A DNA stretch of 62,033 nt, counting the filler. It is 8 parts of 8 records of this genome, joined end to end, with 100 filler letters (N's around TTAATTAATTAA, not from the genome) between each part and the next. Parts side by side here need not be neighbours in the genome. Positions count along the whole stretch, not along the records: positions 50,974 to 62,033 come from SRR31156797_106392; 7 more parts are not named here. One strand, given 5' to 3'. Position 1 is the stretch's first letter. Every line of letters starts with the position of its first letter. Below the pieces are notes generated by a model, which saw only the letters and a list, made by a program, of their open reading frames with translations, did no database searches and had not been told where the DNA came from. Made by a program: the position numbers and the translations under genes. This document shows positions 60,234 through 62,033 of this stretch, piece by piece.

Positions 60234-61448
60234 ATGAAACACCCGTCAAAATTTTTTTTGGCTTTTTCCCCCATTTTTTTGGTTGCGGCGTGCCTCTTTT
60301 CGGTTTCCATCTGTGAAGCAGCCGAACCGGTTAAAATCGGCATTGTTCATTCCAAAAAATTTCCATTTGCCGCCATGATGCAGGATGCCTATGAAATGGC
60401 CCTTGGGGTCATTCACCGGGATGGGGGAATTAACGGCAGGGAGTTGAAGCTCATATACCGAGACGACCGGGGAAACCGGCGAGCGGGCGAGAAAAGCATA
60501 AAAGAGCTGGTTGAACTCCGGGATGTCTCCATGCTGGTGGGCGGTTACAGCAGCAGCAATACCGTCTACATGGCGGGAATGGCGGAGAAACTGGATATGC
60601 CTTTTCTCGTATGTACCGCCGCGGACGACCGGATTACCCAAAGGGGATGGAAGAACATCTACCGTCTGAATCCCCCGGCCAGCCAGTATACGGAAGGGCT
60701 GGAAAATTTCTTTTTAGATCGCATCAAGCCCAAATCCATGGCCATCGTCTATGAAAACAGCCCTTACGGAACCGATGCCGCCTTGCGGATGATGTGGTTT
60801 TGCCGGGAGCATGAAATCGATATCCGCCGCATTATTCCCTACCACAAGGAAAGAACAAAGGCGGAATATTACGAACGCATCCTGGCCCCTCTTCAATTGA
60901 AAGGCTCGCCGCCGGAAGTGATCTATATGGTCTCTTATCTGAAAGACGCCGTGGCCGTTGTGAAAGAGATCCGGAAGCTGGGAATCAATTCTCTGCTTTG
61001 CGGCGGCGCCGGGGGGTTTACCCATCCGAAGTTTATTGTAGATGCGGGAGATGCCGCCAATCTGGTTCTCACGGCCACGCTCTGGTTTCAGGAGATGAAA
61101 TATCCCGGGACCAAACAGTTTTATGATGAATACCTCAAACGATATTCCGCAAGACCCGATTATCATGCCGCCGAAGCATATGCCGCGCTTCTGGTGGCGG
61201 CCCATGCCTTGAGGCAGGCCGAATCCCTGACCCCTGAGGCGATTCGGACGGCGTTGAACCGGACGGATATGAAAACCCCTTTCGGGCCGATCAAGTTTTC
61301 ATCCTTTGGCAAATTCCAGAGACAGAACCGCCTTCCCACCCAGGTTCTCGAGATTATCAACGGCAAGTTCGAACTCATATGGCCTTTGAATCTGGCCACC
61401 GCCACATTCGTTCCATCGCCCGGTTGGAGGGGCTCTGAAAGTAAATAA
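60234..61448 (+). CDS. branched-chain amino acid-type (LivJ-like) solute-binding protein
   Basis: signal peptide, GGINGRELKL...DD.G, LVGGYSSS, AADDRITQRG, TPFGPIKF. Confidence 0.9.
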   Translation: MKHPSKFFLAFSPIFLVAACLFSVSICEAAEPVKIGIVHSKKFPFAAMMQDAYEMALGVIHRDGGINGRELKLIYRDDRGNRRAGEKSIKELVELRDVSMLVGGYSSSNTVYMAGMAEKLDMPFLVCTAADDRITQRGWKNIYRLNPPASQYTEGLENFFLDRIKPKSMAIVYENSPYGTDAALRMMWFCREHEIDIRRIIPYHKERTKAEYYERILAPLQLKGSPPEVIYMVSYLKDAVAVVKEIRKLGINSLLCGGAGGFTHPKFIVDAGDAANLVLTATLWFQEMKYPGTKQFYDEYLKRYSARPDYHAAEAYAALLVAAHALRQAESLTPEAIRTALNRTDMKTPFGPIKFSSFGKFQRQNRLPTQVLEIINGKFELIWPLNLATATFVPSPGWRGSESK

Positions 61449-61516
61449 GGTTCCGCGGGATATGGATTCCTCCCGTGGATTATTGAGGTTAAAACTAATT
61501 TTCAAGGAGGATTGTC

Positions 61517-62033
61517 ATGAAAGGAATTTTTCGGCTAACAGGCATTATCGGTGTTTCATTGGTTTTCATTCTCTCTCTTAGCTTCAGCGCTTCCGCAAGG
61601 ATGTACAAGATGTCAGGCGGTCCTTCCGGGGGGACCTTCCAGTATTACGCCAGCGCCATTTCCACCCTGGCCAAAAAGCATAAAATCAAACTTCTGGCCA
61701 GTTCATCGGGGGGGTCCATTGAAAACATCCGGCTCACCAACTCGGGGAAAACCAACTTTTCCGTGGCCTATTCGGGCAACGTATTCCAGGCCCGTGAAGG
61801 GATCATGAAGGGAGATCCCAGGAAATATGAAAATGTTCTGGCCCTTTCATATTTCTACGGCGCCCCCGCCCAGTTGGTGGTCAGGGCGGATTCCGGCATT
61901 ACCAGTGCAAAACAGCTGGTGGGAAAGCGGGTCGGTGTGGGGAATGCCGGATCGGGCGCCGCCGCCAATGCGGAGCTATTTTTCACCGAACTGGGCATCT
62001 GGGACAAAATAAAGAGAAATTTTCTAGGTTACC
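61517..62033 (+). CDS. TAXI-family TRAP solute-binding protein, 3' truncated
   Basis: absent from the ORF track; AAGGAGG RBS, MKGIFRLTG...GGPSGGTFQYYA...SSGGSIENIR...LVVRADSGI....LVGKRVGVGNAGSG. Confidence 0.92.
   Translation, partial: MKGIFRLTGIIGVSLVFILSLSFSASARMYKMSGGPSGGTFQYYASAISTLAKKHKIKLLASSSGGSIENIRLTNSGKTNFSVAYSGNVFQAREGIMKGDPRKYENVLALSYFYGAPAQLVVRADSGITSAKQLVGKRVGVGNAGSGAAANAELFFTELGIWDKIKRNFLGY

Overview
This window is not one locus. It is eight unrelated contigs joined by artificial 100-nt spacers (44 N + TTAATTAATTAA + 44 N), so genes on different contigs are not linked. Taxonomy below is inferred from gene style only. Contig 1 (1-5766, Desulfobacterota-like) has a corrinoid protein, a methyl-THF:corrinoid methyltransferase, a BCCT transporter, a glyoxalase and a CDP-archaeol-synthase-like/metallophosphoesterase fusion. 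Contig 2 (5867-12396, Methanosarcinaceae-like archaeon) has a U32/RlhA-like protein, an Rsm22/METTL17-like methyltransferase, a 12-bp tandem repeat and a stand-alone B12 cap domain. Contig 3 (12497-18184) has peptide ABC genes and a D-aminoacylase. Contig 4 (18285-27047, Desulfovibrionaceae-like) has a DMT transporter, UbiA/MqnP, an MCP with a sigma28 promoter, an HDAC plus hydantoinase pair, a GAF sigma54 activator and a sigma54-driven hairpin with an anti-SD loop. Contig 5 (27148-39498, Desulfobacter-like) has a hybrid kinase and an HAO-like / Crp-Fnr / FmdE-like / octaheme / TonB receptor / CoA-activase cluster. Contig 6 (39599-45541, possibly a spirochaete) has an acidic lipoprotein and an E2 acyltransferase-Mch-SRPBCC operon. 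Contig 7 (45642-50873) has a sigma54-controlled CoA ligase plus a fused methyltransferase-corrinoid protein, and efp. Contig 8 (50974-62033) has DctM, two COG1237-type metallo-beta-lactamase (MBL)-fold proteins (one Tat-exported), three uncharacterised genes, a Cache/NarL two-component system and two solute-binding proteins. The best candidates for undescribed systems are Mch coupled to a lipoyl E2, the CoA ligase + CmuA-like fusion, the Tat-MBL operon and the dual-octaheme cluster. No rRNA, tRNA, CRISPR array or transposase was recognised.
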